Sequence record: NC_042116.1 | Direction: 5' to 3' (one strand) | Length of the DNA stretch: 64,000 bases | In this document: one piece after another, positions 47,806 to 57,447 of the stretch | Layout of the letters: each line of letters begins with the position of its first letter | How positions within the stretch are numbered: position 1 is the stretch's first letter | Position numbers and translations under genes: made by a program | The notes under the pieces: model-generated | Seen by the model: the letters and a program-made list of their open reading frames with translations, nothing else | The model's database searches: none | Told to the model about the DNA's origin: nothing

Positions 47806-48711
47806 TTAAGCAGTAACAGTAACTTGAACAGTTCTAGACCATGCAGAACCTTCAGAAATAGTTAAAGTTGCATTACCGGCGGCAACACCAGTGATGACAG
47901 CAGACGTACCACTACCAGAAACGGTGAATATTAATGGATCTGAACTAACGAATGAAGCTTCCATTGGATACCCTTCACCATTTTTTGAACCAGAAACTGA
48001 TATATTTGCTGTTCCAGAAACTGCAACTGTTGCAGGATTTGGAGTAATATCAATTACATATACATCACTTACAGTTATAACACTCGTATCGGTATGTGAA
48101 CCATCTACAGTACTTGCAGTTATTGTCGCAGAACCACGTAGTAATGCAGAAACTAATCCGCTATCACTTACTGATGCAATAGTAGGTGCAGATGATGTCC
48201 ATCCTACTGATTTATTAGTAGCATTTACTGGATCAATAACAGCCGATAGCTGTTGAGTTTGTCCTACATTTAGTGCAGCAGTTGCAGGAGTAACACTAAC
48301 ACCAATAACTGATACTGGATCTTCACCTTGTCCTTGATAATTATTCAAGAATAAAGTACTACCATCTTGTAAAATAACTTTATTTAGAAGTAAGCGGATT
48401 GCAAATCCAACTACTACATCTGACGTATTTTTAATACTAATGCAGAAAGTTCCATTAGCTAATTTATCTGCGATTTCCGCACCTGTATCAGCAACATCTA
48501 GATCTGCTCCGGTTTTATCTACACCGGTAATTTGTACGAAAGGATAAACGGTTGCACCGTCAGCAGAAAGCAAATCAAACATATTGATTGAACGTTGCTT
48601 ACTGATTCGTATATTTGTTAACTTAGTACCATCTTCAAGCACAGCAGCATCAATATTGATACCATCTACACCGAATGGTGACTTGTTACGACCAGCAATT
48701 GGTTTTCCCAT
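47806..48711 (-). CDS. Virion-associated protein with two Ig-like (Big_2) domains
   Basis: VIGVSVTP....L.VGQT.QL...I.P.NATNK.V.WTSS.P.IASV...GLV; RBS AGGAG; near-late promoter AATAAATA upstream. Confidence 0.8.
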   Translation of the reverse strand: MGKPIAGRNKSPFGVDGINIDAAVLEDGTKLTNIRISKQRSINMFDLLSADGATVYPFVQITGVDKTGADLDVADTGAEIADKLANGTFCISIKNTSDVVVGFAIRLLLNKVILQDGSTLFLNNYQGQGEDPVSVIGVSVTPATAALNVGQTQQLSAVIDPVNATNKSVGWTSSAPTIASVSDSGLVSALLRGSATITASTVDGSHTDTSVITVSDVYVIDITPNPATVAVSGTANISVSGSKNGEGYPMEASFVSSDPLIFTVSGSGTSAVITGVAAGNATLTISEGSAWSRTVQVTVTA

Positions 48712-48752
48712 AATTAAAATCTCCTTAAAGGATTATACTTTATAACTATTTA

Positions 48753-49790
48753 TTACAAATATGTCGTATCAAGCATTACTTTAAGTTCTAAAACATCTCC
48801 AGTAATTAAATGTTTAGCGACAATTGTACCAACAAATAATCCAGTTGGTATTCTTCCTGGTGGTGGGTTTTGTTCTAAGAAATTATTTAGATAAAATTTA
48901 TAACGTTGAATATTTTGAGCTACTGTTAATCCTGGAGTAACTGCATTATCTTTAATATTACGACCAAAGCGATAATCAATAAATTCTAAAGTCCCATCAC
49001 GTACTTCCAAGTGCCAAGAAATATTATCTGCTGTCATTTGACCATCTGGATTTCCATAAAAAGTCATAGTAACATCATATAAATCTGTAATTCTACCAAT
49101 AAATTCACTTGAGAGAATACCAATACTAAAAGGAATAGTAAATTCTTGTCCTTTAGTTGCATCCAATTTAATAGTATAAGTACTATCAACTGGAACAACG
49201 ACTGAGTTGTATGATCCTGTTCCAGCAGGTTGCCATAAACGAGCAGCCATTGCTAATTGAATGATCCCATCAGTCGCAGTAACCATTGAAGCAGCCGAGT
49301 TTCCATTACCTATTAAAAGTGTATTTGGACTTGACGCTTTTACAAAAGCAGCCTTCTCACCATTCGGAACATAAACAGGTGCAGATGGTTCAGGTGAAGG
49401 TGCATAAAAAATATTATAATTTGGCACAAAGAACGTTTCAGAATTTGACATATGAACTAAATTATTGTATAATTTTGTACAATACCCAACAGTATCATCA
49501 TCTTCATTGAGAACTCGTATGAAAAATGAACCTGTTGGTATTGCAGCAAGTGCATCATCATCATCTAAAGTCGGGTCTAAAATAACACCAGTACTGGTAG
49601 TACCAGTAATTGATACTTTACGGTGAATAGCTAAATTACTTACATCAATTAAGTCGAAGCGTGTACTTGAACGTTGTTTAAGAATTCTTAAATTTTTAAT
49701 AAGTGTACCGTTCTGTAGCTTAGCTCCATGAACGATGATCCCCGTTGTGCCAAACGGTAATCTATATACACCAGCAATAGGTTTACCCAT
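48753..49790 (-). CDS. Probable virion protein, N-terminal paralog of 47806-48711
   Basis: Both start MGKPIAG....PFG..GI....A.L..GT...N.RI.KQRS...FDL. Confidence 0.7.
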   Translation of the reverse strand: MGKPIAGVYRLPFGTTGIIVHGAKLQNGTLIKNLRILKQRSSTRFDLIDVSNLAIHRKVSITGTTSTGVILDPTLDDDDALAAIPTGSFFIRVLNEDDDTVGYCTKLYNNLVHMSNSETFFVPNYNIFYAPSPEPSAPVYVPNGEKAAFVKASSPNTLLIGNGNSAASMVTATDGIIQLAMAARLWQPAGTGSYNSVVVPVDSTYTIKLDATKGQEFTIPFSIGILSSEFIGRITDLYDVTMTFYGNPDGQMTADNISWHLEVRDGTLEFIDYRFGRNIKDNAVTPGLTVAQNIQRYKFYLNNFLEQNPPPGRIPTGLFVGTIVAKHLITGDVLELKVMLDTTYL

Positions 49791-49842
49791 ATCAAATCTC
49801 CTATAAAAGTATGATATTTTTAATTATCATTCCAATTTTGTC

Positions 49843-49871
49843 TTGACACAGGAATGAACACGTGATACATT
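49843..49871 (+). promoter_or_regulatory. sigma70 promoter upstream of the NAD-salvage genes
   Basis: TTGACA-17-TGn-TACATT. Confidence 0.55.
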
Positions 49872-49973
49872 GTATCTTGTACTGAGTTATTTATTTTAGG
49901 GTGTTTCTAAATGCATAATTTATATTCATTAAAAAAATGGAACATCAAAAAAAATTATGTTATAATATAAGCA

Positions 49974-50027
49974 TCAAAGCGTTGTAGCTTTGAATAATAG
50001 ACTAAGGGAGTCTTAGATATGAAAAAT
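49974..50027 (+). promoter_or_regulatory. Structured leader shared with the NAMPT gene, copy 1
   Basis: tcaaagc-GTTGTA-gctttga, then ACTAAGGGAGTCTTAGATATGAAAAAT. Confidence 0.65.
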
Positions 50028-51092
50028 GAAAAAGTATATGTATATATTGGTCGTTTTCAAATGGCACATTCAGGCCATGAACAAACAATTAAACATGCGT
50101 TAGAAAATTCAGACCGTTTGGTAATTCTTGTTGGTTCATCTGACCTTGCACGTGATCCTAAAAATCCGTTCACGTTCGATGAACGCAATCAGGTACTGGA
50201 TGCTATGAGTACTCGTTTAGCACAAGAAGAATGGGCTAAAGGGCGTTCGGTTAAGATTAATATCTTACCAATCCACGATTACGTTTATAACAACAGCAAA
50301 TGGTTAATGGAAGTACATGAACAAGTCAAATCAGTAACATCAAGTACTGATATTACTATTACTGGCTGTCAGAAAGAAGCAGATGAAAGTACTTTCTATT
50401 TGAATTTCTTCCCACAGTGGAAACCAGATTTCATTCCAGAGCATAAAATTTCTGAAGGTAATTATACTGTAAACAGTACTGAAATTCGTAATCAATTCTT
50501 CAGTACTAAACAAGTTCCTACAAGTCTTCCAGAAGAAACAAAAGAATTTCTTGCGAAATTTATGCATACTAAACCAATGGTATTCGATAATTTAATTGGT
50601 GAATTCAATTTCATTAATCGTTATCGTTCAGAAATGATTGAAAAATTACCATTTAAAACTATACCATTTATTACTGGCGATGCATTGGTAATTTGTGCTG
50701 GTCATGTACTATTGGTTAAACGTAGGACTTTCCCAGGAAAAGGTCTATATGCACTTCCTGGTGGTTTCTTCGATTCTGAACAAGATGGAACTCAAATTGA
50801 TTCCGCTATTCGTGAATTAAAAGAAGAAACTAAGATTGATGTCCCATTAAAAGTACTTTATGGTTCTATTCGGGAAAGTATGGAATTCGGGGATAAACAC
50901 CGTTCTCTACGTTGGCGTATTATTACCAAATGTGCTTATATCCAATTACAAGACAGTACTTTACCAAAAGTAAAAGGTGCTGATGATGCGGAAAAAGCAT
51001 TTTGGATGCCTCTTGGTGAATTAGTTAATAATCGTGATAAATTCTTTGAAGACCATTTAAGTATTATTGATACTTTCTTAGGTATTTTATAA
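50019..51092 (+). CDS. nadM: Bifunctional NMN adenylyltransferase / ADP-ribose Nudix hydrolase (NadM-Nudix, NatV-like)
   Basis: IGRFQ..H.GH; KNPFTFDER; LLVKR...PGKGLYALPGGF; Nudix box AIRELKEET. Confidence 0.93.
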   Translation: MKNEKVYVYIGRFQMAHSGHEQTIKHALENSDRLVILVGSSDLARDPKNPFTFDERNQVLDAMSTRLAQEEWAKGRSVKINILPIHDYVYNNSKWLMEVHEQVKSVTSSTDITITGCQKEADESTFYLNFFPQWKPDFIPEHKISEGNYTVNSTEIRNQFFSTKQVPTSLPEETKEFLAKFMHTKPMVFDNLIGEFNFINRYRSEMIEKLPFKTIPFITGDALVICAGHVLLVKRRTFPGKGLYALPGGFFDSEQDGTQIDSAIRELKEETKIDVPLKVLYGSIRESMEFGDKHRSLRWRIITKCAYIQLQDSTLPKVKGADDAEKAFWMPLGELVNNRDKFFEDHLSIIDTFLGIL

Positions 51093-51140
51093 TAATATTG
51101 GAGTACACTATATAGTACTCCATTTTAAGCGAGTGAACAT

Positions 51141-51659
51141 ATGTTATATTGCCAACCAAATAGTTTTTATGATGAAATGCTATATATTTCTAAAGCTAAT
51201 GATAAATTTTTAAAGAAGTTATCATTGCCACAATATAATATTTCAAATTCTATATTAATGATAGAACCAATAAGTTATATTATTAAAATAGTACTCAATG
51301 AACCTAATTTTAGTGGTACTGGAAATATAATTGCATTACGAACTTTCGGAGTTAATAACTCATTAACAATGACTGCCGATTGCACTTATATGAGTGTATA
51401 TTACGCAATAGTTGTTAATGGAACATTATTGATTTCCAAAGGATCTATATCAGATGTTTATATGAATGATGATGGTGATACAATATATACCACATCAGAT
51501 GGATATGGTGATGAATATCATTATAGTATTCAAGATATAGCTAATGCTGGAAATGATTTATATGCGTTGTATGCATATGTATATTATAATGATAATATAT
51601 TTCGACCAGATAATTTATTAGCAAAAATTCCAGTAATTTTATTAAAGAATTTGGTATAA
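51141..51659 (+). CDS. Hypothetical protein
   Basis: ORF track. Confidence 0.6.
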   Translation: MLYCQPNSFYDEMLYISKANDKFLKKLSLPQYNISNSILMIEPISYIIKIVLNEPNFSGTGNIIALRTFGVNNSLTMTADCTYMSVYYAIVVNGTLLISKGSISDVYMNDDGDTIYTTSDGYGDEYHYSIQDIANAGNDLYALYAYVYYNDNIFRPDNLLAKIPVILLKNLV

Positions 51660-51671
51660 GCCAAAATAACC

Positions 51672-51724
51672 GAAAGCGTGTAGCTTTCACACCTATACTA
51701 AGGGAGTCTTAGATATGAAAAATT
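51672..51724 (+). promoter_or_regulatory. Structured leader, copy 2
   Basis: gaaagc-GTGTA-gctttc, then the identical 27-nt block. Confidence 0.65.
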
Positions 51725-53193
51725 TAAAAGTAAACTTTATTCTTAATGTTGATTCATACAAAACTGGTCACGGTTTTATGATGAAAGATGGCGTTGTAGC
51801 ACTCGAATCAAACATAATTGCCCGTAAACCATCCAAATTTGCTACTCATGTAGTGATGATGGGTATTCAGTACTATCTACAAGAGTATTTGGATATTAAT
51901 ATTACTGTAGATGATATCAACGAAGCAGAACATGAAACTAGTCAACGTGGTGATGACTTTGACCGCGAATTTTGGGAACATATTGTAGAAGTACATGGTG
52001 GTAAAATTCCATTACATATTCGTGCTATTCCTGAAGGTACGTTGGTTCCTGTTGGTTGTCCTTTGGTACGTACATTTAGTACTGATGAACGTGTGGCAGT
52101 AATTGAAAGTTACATTGAAACTCAGTTACAACGTGCAATTTGGTTCCCAACAACTGTGGCAAGTAATGCTCGTAGCATTAAAGAATTTTTAGCAGATACA
52201 ATGGAACGTCATGCAGGTCATCGTTTTGTAGATTATCATCTTCATAACTTTGGTGATCGTGGTGCATCAAGTTACGAATCAGCCATGATTGCTGGTATGG
52301 CACATGCAACTGTTTTTAATGGTTCTGACTGTTTATCTGCTAATCGGTTCATTAAATATTACTATAATACTGACAAAGCATATTTGACCAGTGTCACTGC
52401 TAGTGAACATAGTGCAACTTGTTCAAACTCAGACGCAGACAAACGCGACGACTTTAATATGGCGTTGAAGATGGTTCGTTTGTGGGAGAAAAAAGTTGAT
52501 CGGTTCATTGCAAATGGTTCTGTTGGTGTTCCACCAATTGTATCAATAGTTATTGATACTTATGATGCATATCGTTTTGTTCGTGAATTTATTGGTACAC
52601 GTTTAAAAGATATGATTATTGAAATTGCAAAACGTTGCCCTGGTGCTAAACTTGTTATGCGTCCAGATAGTGGTGATCCAACAACCATGCCAATTGAAAT
52701 CATTGAACTTCTGATGGAAAAATTTGGCAGTACTGTAAATGGTTATGGGTACAAAGTACTTCCACCATTTATTGGTGTAATTCAAGGTGATGGTATTAAT
52801 GAAACTAGTATTCGTCAAATTGTTTCTAATCTTGATGATAAAAAACTTTGCATTGAAAATATAGTTTTTGGTATGGGTGGTAAATTAGTTCATCCTGCTG
52901 ATGGTCGCGATACTTTTTCTTTTGCAATGAAAGGATCTGCACAAAAACTTGAAGATGCTACTTGGGAAGATTTATTCAAAGATCCAATTACTGATGTAGG
53001 TAAACGTTCTTTGCGTGGTCGTGTAACAACTTATGAATGCACTAATACTCATAAAATTATTGCAGAACGTATAGAATTACAAGAAATCAATCCATTCTTA
53101 CGAGATATGATGGTTGATATGTATATTGATGGTGTTATCATGAATCTCTGTTCTTTTGATGAAGTTCGTGAACGTGCCAACAAAGGGTTATAA
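51715..53193 (+). CDS. nadV: Nicotinamide phosphoribosyltransferase
   Basis: DSYKTGH; LHNFGDRG; SEHS; V.DTYD; RPDSGDP; IQGDGI; FGMGG; SFAMK. Confidence 0.95.
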   Translation: MKNLKVNFILNVDSYKTGHGFMMKDGVVALESNIIARKPSKFATHVVMMGIQYYLQEYLDINITVDDINEAEHETSQRGDDFDREFWEHIVEVHGGKIPLHIRAIPEGTLVPVGCPLVRTFSTDERVAVIESYIETQLQRAIWFPTTVASNARSIKEFLADTMERHAGHRFVDYHLHNFGDRGASSYESAMIAGMAHATVFNGSDCLSANRFIKYYYNTDKAYLTSVTASEHSATCSNSDADKRDDFNMALKMVRLWEKKVDRFIANGSVGVPPIVSIVIDTYDAYRFVREFIGTRLKDMIIEIAKRCPGAKLVMRPDSGDPTTMPIEIIELLMEKFGSTVNGYGYKVLPPFIGVIQGDGINETSIRQIVSNLDDKKLCIENIVFGMGGKLVHPADGRDTFSFAMKGSAQKLEDATWEDLFKDPITDVGKRSLRGRVTTYECTNTHKIIAERIELQEINPFLRDMMVDMYIDGVIMNLCSFDEVRERANKGL

Positions 53194-53235
53194 TATTTTA
53201 GGGGGCGTTTTGCCCCCTTATTTTTAAGGTTTAAT

Positions 53236-53469
53236 ATGATCGAAATTTTAAAAAATGTTGCATTATCAATTGCCGTAGTTGGCTTTGGATTATCCGTAAT
53301 GTTTCCATTTTTAGTACAAGCATATGCAATGACAGGGTTAGGTATGTTAGTAAGAACCACAACAATAAAAGAAAAAATAAGTAAAATGTTATTATTATTA
53401 ATGTCAGTGATTGCGACTATATTAGTTATTGCATATTTTATTATTACATTACATTATATTTGGAGATAG
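53236..53469 (+). CDS. Membrane protein
   Basis: Two TM segments. Confidence 0.6.
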   Translation: MIEILKNVALSIAVVGFGLSVMFPFLVQAYAMTGLGMLVRTTTIKEKISKMLLLLMSVIATILVIAYFIITLHYIWR

Positions 53470-53471
53470 TT

Positions 53472-54404
53472 ATGGGTTCGTTTAATACAACATGTTCAAT
53501 ATCAAGATTACCAATTGGTATAGGTGATGAAGTAAAGTTATTCTTTATTGTTAAAAATCCTTATAATGACAGTATTAATTGTTATACAAATAATAGTTGG
53601 AATATTTTTGGATTACCATTGGATGCTGTATATGATGATTATGGTCGATATAAATTAATTGAAACTGAACAAAATATTTCAATTTGGGAAGTATATAAAA
53701 GAAATTTTGAAGAACGAATTTTAGAAGTTTCTAAAGGTGAACGTTATCGTGAGTGTGGTGTTTCTAAAACTAATATTACTTTTGACAATCTTCAAGATGC
53801 AATTTGGGAAAATCATGCTAAATTGGTACATACATTCTTTGATGATCCAGAAAAACATTTAACTATACAAGTAATGGCAGTACATAAAACTGTATATGAA
53901 CATATGTCTACATCATATACGTACTGGAATGGTACTATTGATGCTAACGAAACAACAGAAAAAGTATTATCCCATGAATTGTGTGAATCCTTTTTAACGT
54001 ATAAAGATATAATTGAATCATATAATGAAGATAGTTTAGAAGTTGATGAAAATGGAGAATTAACTAAAGAATCTGAAAATATTTGTGATCTTTACTATAG
54101 AATTCTATGGATGGTTGATTTTTACGAAACACCAGAAATGTATGAAAAAAATGGTATTTCATTAAACTGTAATAAATCAATTTATCATTTGGTAAAATAT
54201 GAATTAAATGAATATATTACATTTTGTTCAGAGTTAATTAGAAAATATATTTTCGAGTGCAATATGCAACAATTAAATATACAAGTACAACCAATTATGA
54301 CATCTGGACAAGACTATCATTTTCAAACACATATACAGTTACATGAAATGATTGTCGAATTATCAAAAGAAAAACATAACGAACATGATAATTGGGATGA
54401 ATAA
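53472..54404 (+). CDS. Hypothetical protein
   Basis: RBS GGAG at the trimmed start. Confidence 0.75.
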   Translation: MGSFNTTCSISRLPIGIGDEVKLFFIVKNPYNDSINCYTNNSWNIFGLPLDAVYDDYGRYKLIETEQNISIWEVYKRNFEERILEVSKGERYRECGVSKTNITFDNLQDAIWENHAKLVHTFFDDPEKHLTIQVMAVHKTVYEHMSTSYTYWNGTIDANETTEKVLSHELCESFLTYKDIIESYNEDSLEVDENGELTKESENICDLYYRILWMVDFYETPEMYEKNGISLNCNKSIYHLVKYELNEYITFCSELIRKYIFECNMQQLNIQVQPIMTSGQDYHFQTHIQLHEMIVELSKEKHNEHDNWDE

Positions 54405-54407
54405 AAT

Positions 54408-54608
54408 ATGAATATTTTTATGGGAGTATTGACAGTAATAGTCTATTTGTTTATAGGGTATCTGGCATATCATGACCACAAACAAAAATTTAAAGAAGAA
54501 CCACAAAAGAAAGTAAAAAGTATAATTTATGCAATAACAGCGGTGGTATTATATGCCCTTATTGGTTTTTTCTTAGCAGTACTTTTATACTTGATTTTAA
54601 CAATGTAA
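54408..54608 (+). CDS. Membrane protein
   Basis: Two TM segments. Confidence 0.6.
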   Translation: MNIFMGVLTVIVYLFIGYLAYHDHKQKFKEEPQKKVKSIIYAITAVVLYALIGFFLAVLLYLILTM

Positions 54609-54617
54609 GGATATATA

Positions 54618-55064
54618 ATGGCTGGAAAGGGATTTGCATGTTTGACGTTGGATATTGAACAGGCTAAAGAAATACATAAAATTTTTAAGATTGCTGGAAT
54701 TGAATGCTTGACACCAACTAAATTTCATGTTACCGTTATGCAAGATGAAAGCAATCCTGATATTGATATTTTAGTAAATGATGCAACATACACAGCAACA
54801 ATAACTGGTGTAGAAAGATTAGGAAAACCTGGTGGTGAATGGGAAGCAATAGTACTGTTATTAAAATCACCAGAAATTGAAAATCGACATAAGGAATTAA
54901 AAAATGCAGGATTCAATCACAAATTTCCTGATTATACTTGTCATATGAGTATTGTTTATAAACCAAAAGATACAGATTTAGATTTAATTGAACTAGTTTT
55001 TAAACTTGGGGTTCTTCCAGAAGAATTAACTTTTGGTAATGAATATATGGAAACATCAACGTGA
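54618..55064 (+). CDS. acb1: Acb1-like 2H phosphoesterase (anti-CBASS nuclease family)
   Basis: HVT and HMS 2H motifs; 148 aa; L.SP....RHKEL..AG..H.FPDY..H.S pattern of T4 57B/Acb1. Confidence 0.75.
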   Translation: MAGKGFACLTLDIEQAKEIHKIFKIAGIECLTPTKFHVTVMQDESNPDIDILVNDATYTATITGVERLGKPGGEWEAIVLLLKSPEIENRHKELKNAGFNHKFPDYTCHMSIVYKPKDTDLDLIELVFKLGVLPEELTFGNEYMETST

Positions 55065-55074
55065 GATAACTGCC

Positions 55075-55293
55075 ATGAAAGCAGATCAGTACTTAAATGA
55101 ATATCAAAAAAGTTTATATAGTGGGGCGTGGGTTGATTCACATCCAGCCTCAGATAAAATGGTAACATGTATCAGATGTTTTAATTCATATAATTTGAAA
55201 TTAGCACCAAGAACTGTACCTAAGACTGATGGATATTATACTAAAGAACCAAAATGTCCAACATGTGGATGTCGATTATATTTTTCACAATAA
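55075..55293 (+). CDS. Zn-ribbon protein
   Basis: CIRC...CPTC. Confidence 0.65.
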   Translation: MKADQYLNEYQKSLYSGAWVDSHPASDKMVTCIRCFNSYNLKLAPRTVPKTDGYYTKEPKCPTCGCRLYFSQ

Positions 55294-55324
55294 CTATAAT
55301 TTATTATTTTAAGAAGTAATTGAA

Positions 55325-55735
55325 ATGCTAATTAATGATAAAAATCATTTATACCATCTTATAAAGTATGGTGTATATTTTGGATACAGCAATGACAGTA
55401 TTATAGAATTTATCCAAAATTTTGGAACTGCATATGAAGAAATTAACGGAAAGTTTTTTGATTATCGTATTAAAGGTGAAACTGCTGGAACTGGTCATAT
55501 GTGCTCATGGTATGAAGCTATAACACTTTCCTATAAAGAATTAACTAACCGGATTAATTCTAATAGATATTGTGATATTATTTTTCCGTGGGATAATGAT
55601 AAACCATTTAACAAAACACTAACAGATAGCTATGTAACCAATTTGTATAGTACTAATTTTATGTATAGATATAAAGTAGAACAATTATTTAATTACATAA
55701 CAACTAATTTTGATATAACATTTCAACAGGAATAA
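55325..55735 (+). CDS. Hypothetical protein
   Basis: GKYFGYS-like motif LIKYGVYFGYS. Confidence 0.65.
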   Translation: MLINDKNHLYHLIKYGVYFGYSNDSIIEFIQNFGTAYEEINGKFFDYRIKGETAGTGHMCSWYEAITLSYKELTNRINSNRYCDIIFPWDNDKPFNKTLTDSYVTNLYSTNFMYRYKVEQLFNYITTNFDITFQQE

Positions 55736-55737
55736 AA

Positions 55738-56529
55738 ATGAATCTCAATAACTTTATTGCAAATAAAGGTGTTCCACGGTTAGTATTTGCTACAGGTGCA
55801 GGATTATCACAAGAATCTGGAATTAGTACTTTTCGTGATGCTGATAATGAAGGTTTATGGGATCAGTACAATATTGATGAAATTTGTAATTTTGCAACTT
55901 TTCATATTAATTATCAAAAAGTACATAATTTTTACAACCAGCTACGAGAAAACTTAAAACATGTTGAACCAAATATTGGTCATCATATTATTGCTGAATT
56001 TCAAAAAATGTACGGGGATGATAGGGTAATACATATCACGGCTAATGTTGATGATTTATCAGAACGTGCAGGTGGAACAGCAATGCATGTTCATGGTAAA
56101 CTAACTGAAGTAGTAGAACCTTTTAGTATTAATTCTAACAATTATGAAGTAAAAGATATTGGATATGAAAGTTTCACACCAACTGATGGGGTAATTTCTA
56201 AACCAAATATTGTTATGTTTGGTGAAGGATTTTGGTTCACTGATGGTGTACGTAAACCAATTTACGATGATATGTATCTAGTACTAGATAGTTTAACTGA
56301 ACAAGATACTGTAATTGTTATTGGTTCATCTGATACAGTAATTCCTTGGTCAGTATATGCTGGGTTAGCAACTCCAGCCCAAACATTAAATGTGAATCCA
56401 GAATCACACGAAAAAGATGAATATTTTACATATAATATGTATCAACCAATCAGCAATGCAATATCTATGATTGACCAATATATTCACATGCGTATGGATA
56501 AACAAGATTTTAGCTCAGTAGAATATTAA
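55738..56529 (+). CDS. Sir2/CobB-family NAD-dependent deacylase
   Basis: TGAGLSQESGISTFRD; IT.NVDDL.ERAG; HVHG; KPNIVMFGE; IGSS. Confidence 0.9.
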   Translation: MNLNNFIANKGVPRLVFATGAGLSQESGISTFRDADNEGLWDQYNIDEICNFATFHINYQKVHNFYNQLRENLKHVEPNIGHHIIAEFQKMYGDDRVIHITANVDDLSERAGGTAMHVHGKLTEVVEPFSINSNNYEVKDIGYESFTPTDGVISKPNIVMFGEGFWFTDGVRKPIYDDMYLVLDSLTEQDTVIVIGSSDTVIPWSVYAGLATPAQTLNVNPESHEKDEYFTYNMYQPISNAISMIDQYIHMRMDKQDFSSVEY

Positions 56530-56538
56530 GGTTATATT

Positions 56539-57447
56539 ATGATAGGTTATGAAGAAATTGAATTCGGAACACGTTCAAATCGATTTGACTGTGTTTTTGT
56601 ATGGATATATGCACGTAACTGTACACCATATGCTGGTTATCCATATAATGATATTCCTAATGTAAGTTTAGTACTTACTGAATTACGATGGGATGGGTTA
56701 TTTGGTGCAGTTGGTGGTGCAGTAGAAGATGATGATTTAAATTTAGAAGTTGCTATCCATCGTGAATCAATGGAAGAAATTGCGTATGATTTACCGATTG
56801 AACGACTTGAACCGTTGGCAACATATAAAAATACGATAAGTGGTTCTCATATTCATAGTTATTCATTGGAAGTAACTTATGAAGAACTATTAGAAATTCG
56901 TAAGAATGCATATGATGGTGTACATTTTAATCCTGAAAATGCAGGTATTAACTTACTACATATTTGCCGATATTTAAAATCTGGTAAAATTGAATGTGGT
57001 TGGAATACAGTACTTGAACAAAATTTTGTCAGTACTTCTAAACTGGAATTAATGAAATTAGTTCGTACTAAAAATTTACTTATTGATTATGTAGATGATA
57101 GTGCTGGAACTAAAGGTTCATATAAGATGTTTATTGATGATATACGTGATGTTAATATGTATTATCCATATGATGAATTTGTGGTAGTACGTTCATATAA
57201 AGATGCAGTTCAATATGTAACTGAACATGGACTACCATCATTTGTATCATTTGATCATGATTTGGGCGATACTGAAAGTGAAAATGAAGAAACAGGATAT
57301 ACATTTGCTAAGTACTTAGTAGAGTATATGATGGATAATCAAATTGCAGTCCCTTTTGAATATCATGTTCATAGTGCTAATCCAGTAGGGGCAATGAATA
57401 TCATGTCCTACTTGGAAAATGCATTTAAATTTATTCGGAGTTTATAA
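56539..57447 (+). CDS. Fusion of a NUDT16/NudE-like Nudix domain and a cyclic-phosphate-processing receiver-like domain
   Basis: RWDGLFGAVGG.V.....RESMEE; then FIDDIR..VRSY..SFDHDLG..TGY..HSANPVG. Confidence 0.75.
   Translation: MIGYEEIEFGTRSNRFDCVFVWIYARNCTPYAGYPYNDIPNVSLVLTELRWDGLFGAVGGAVEDDDLNLEVAIHRESMEEIAYDLPIERLEPLATYKNTISGSHIHSYSLEVTYEELLEIRKNAYDGVHFNPENAGINLLHICRYLKSGKIECGWNTVLEQNFVSTSKLELMKLVRTKNLLIDYVDDSAGTKGSYKMFIDDIRDVNMYYPYDEFVVVRSYKDAVQYVTEHGLPSFVSFDHDLGDTESENEETGYTFAKYLVEYMMDNQIAVPFEYHVHSANPVGAMNIMSYLENAFKFIRSL

Noticed and set aside
50001-50015. NrtR operator upstream of the NAD genes
   Set aside because: The inverted repeat has AC...GT polarity rather than the GT-N7-AC core, and no NrtR-like regulator was recognised in the window.
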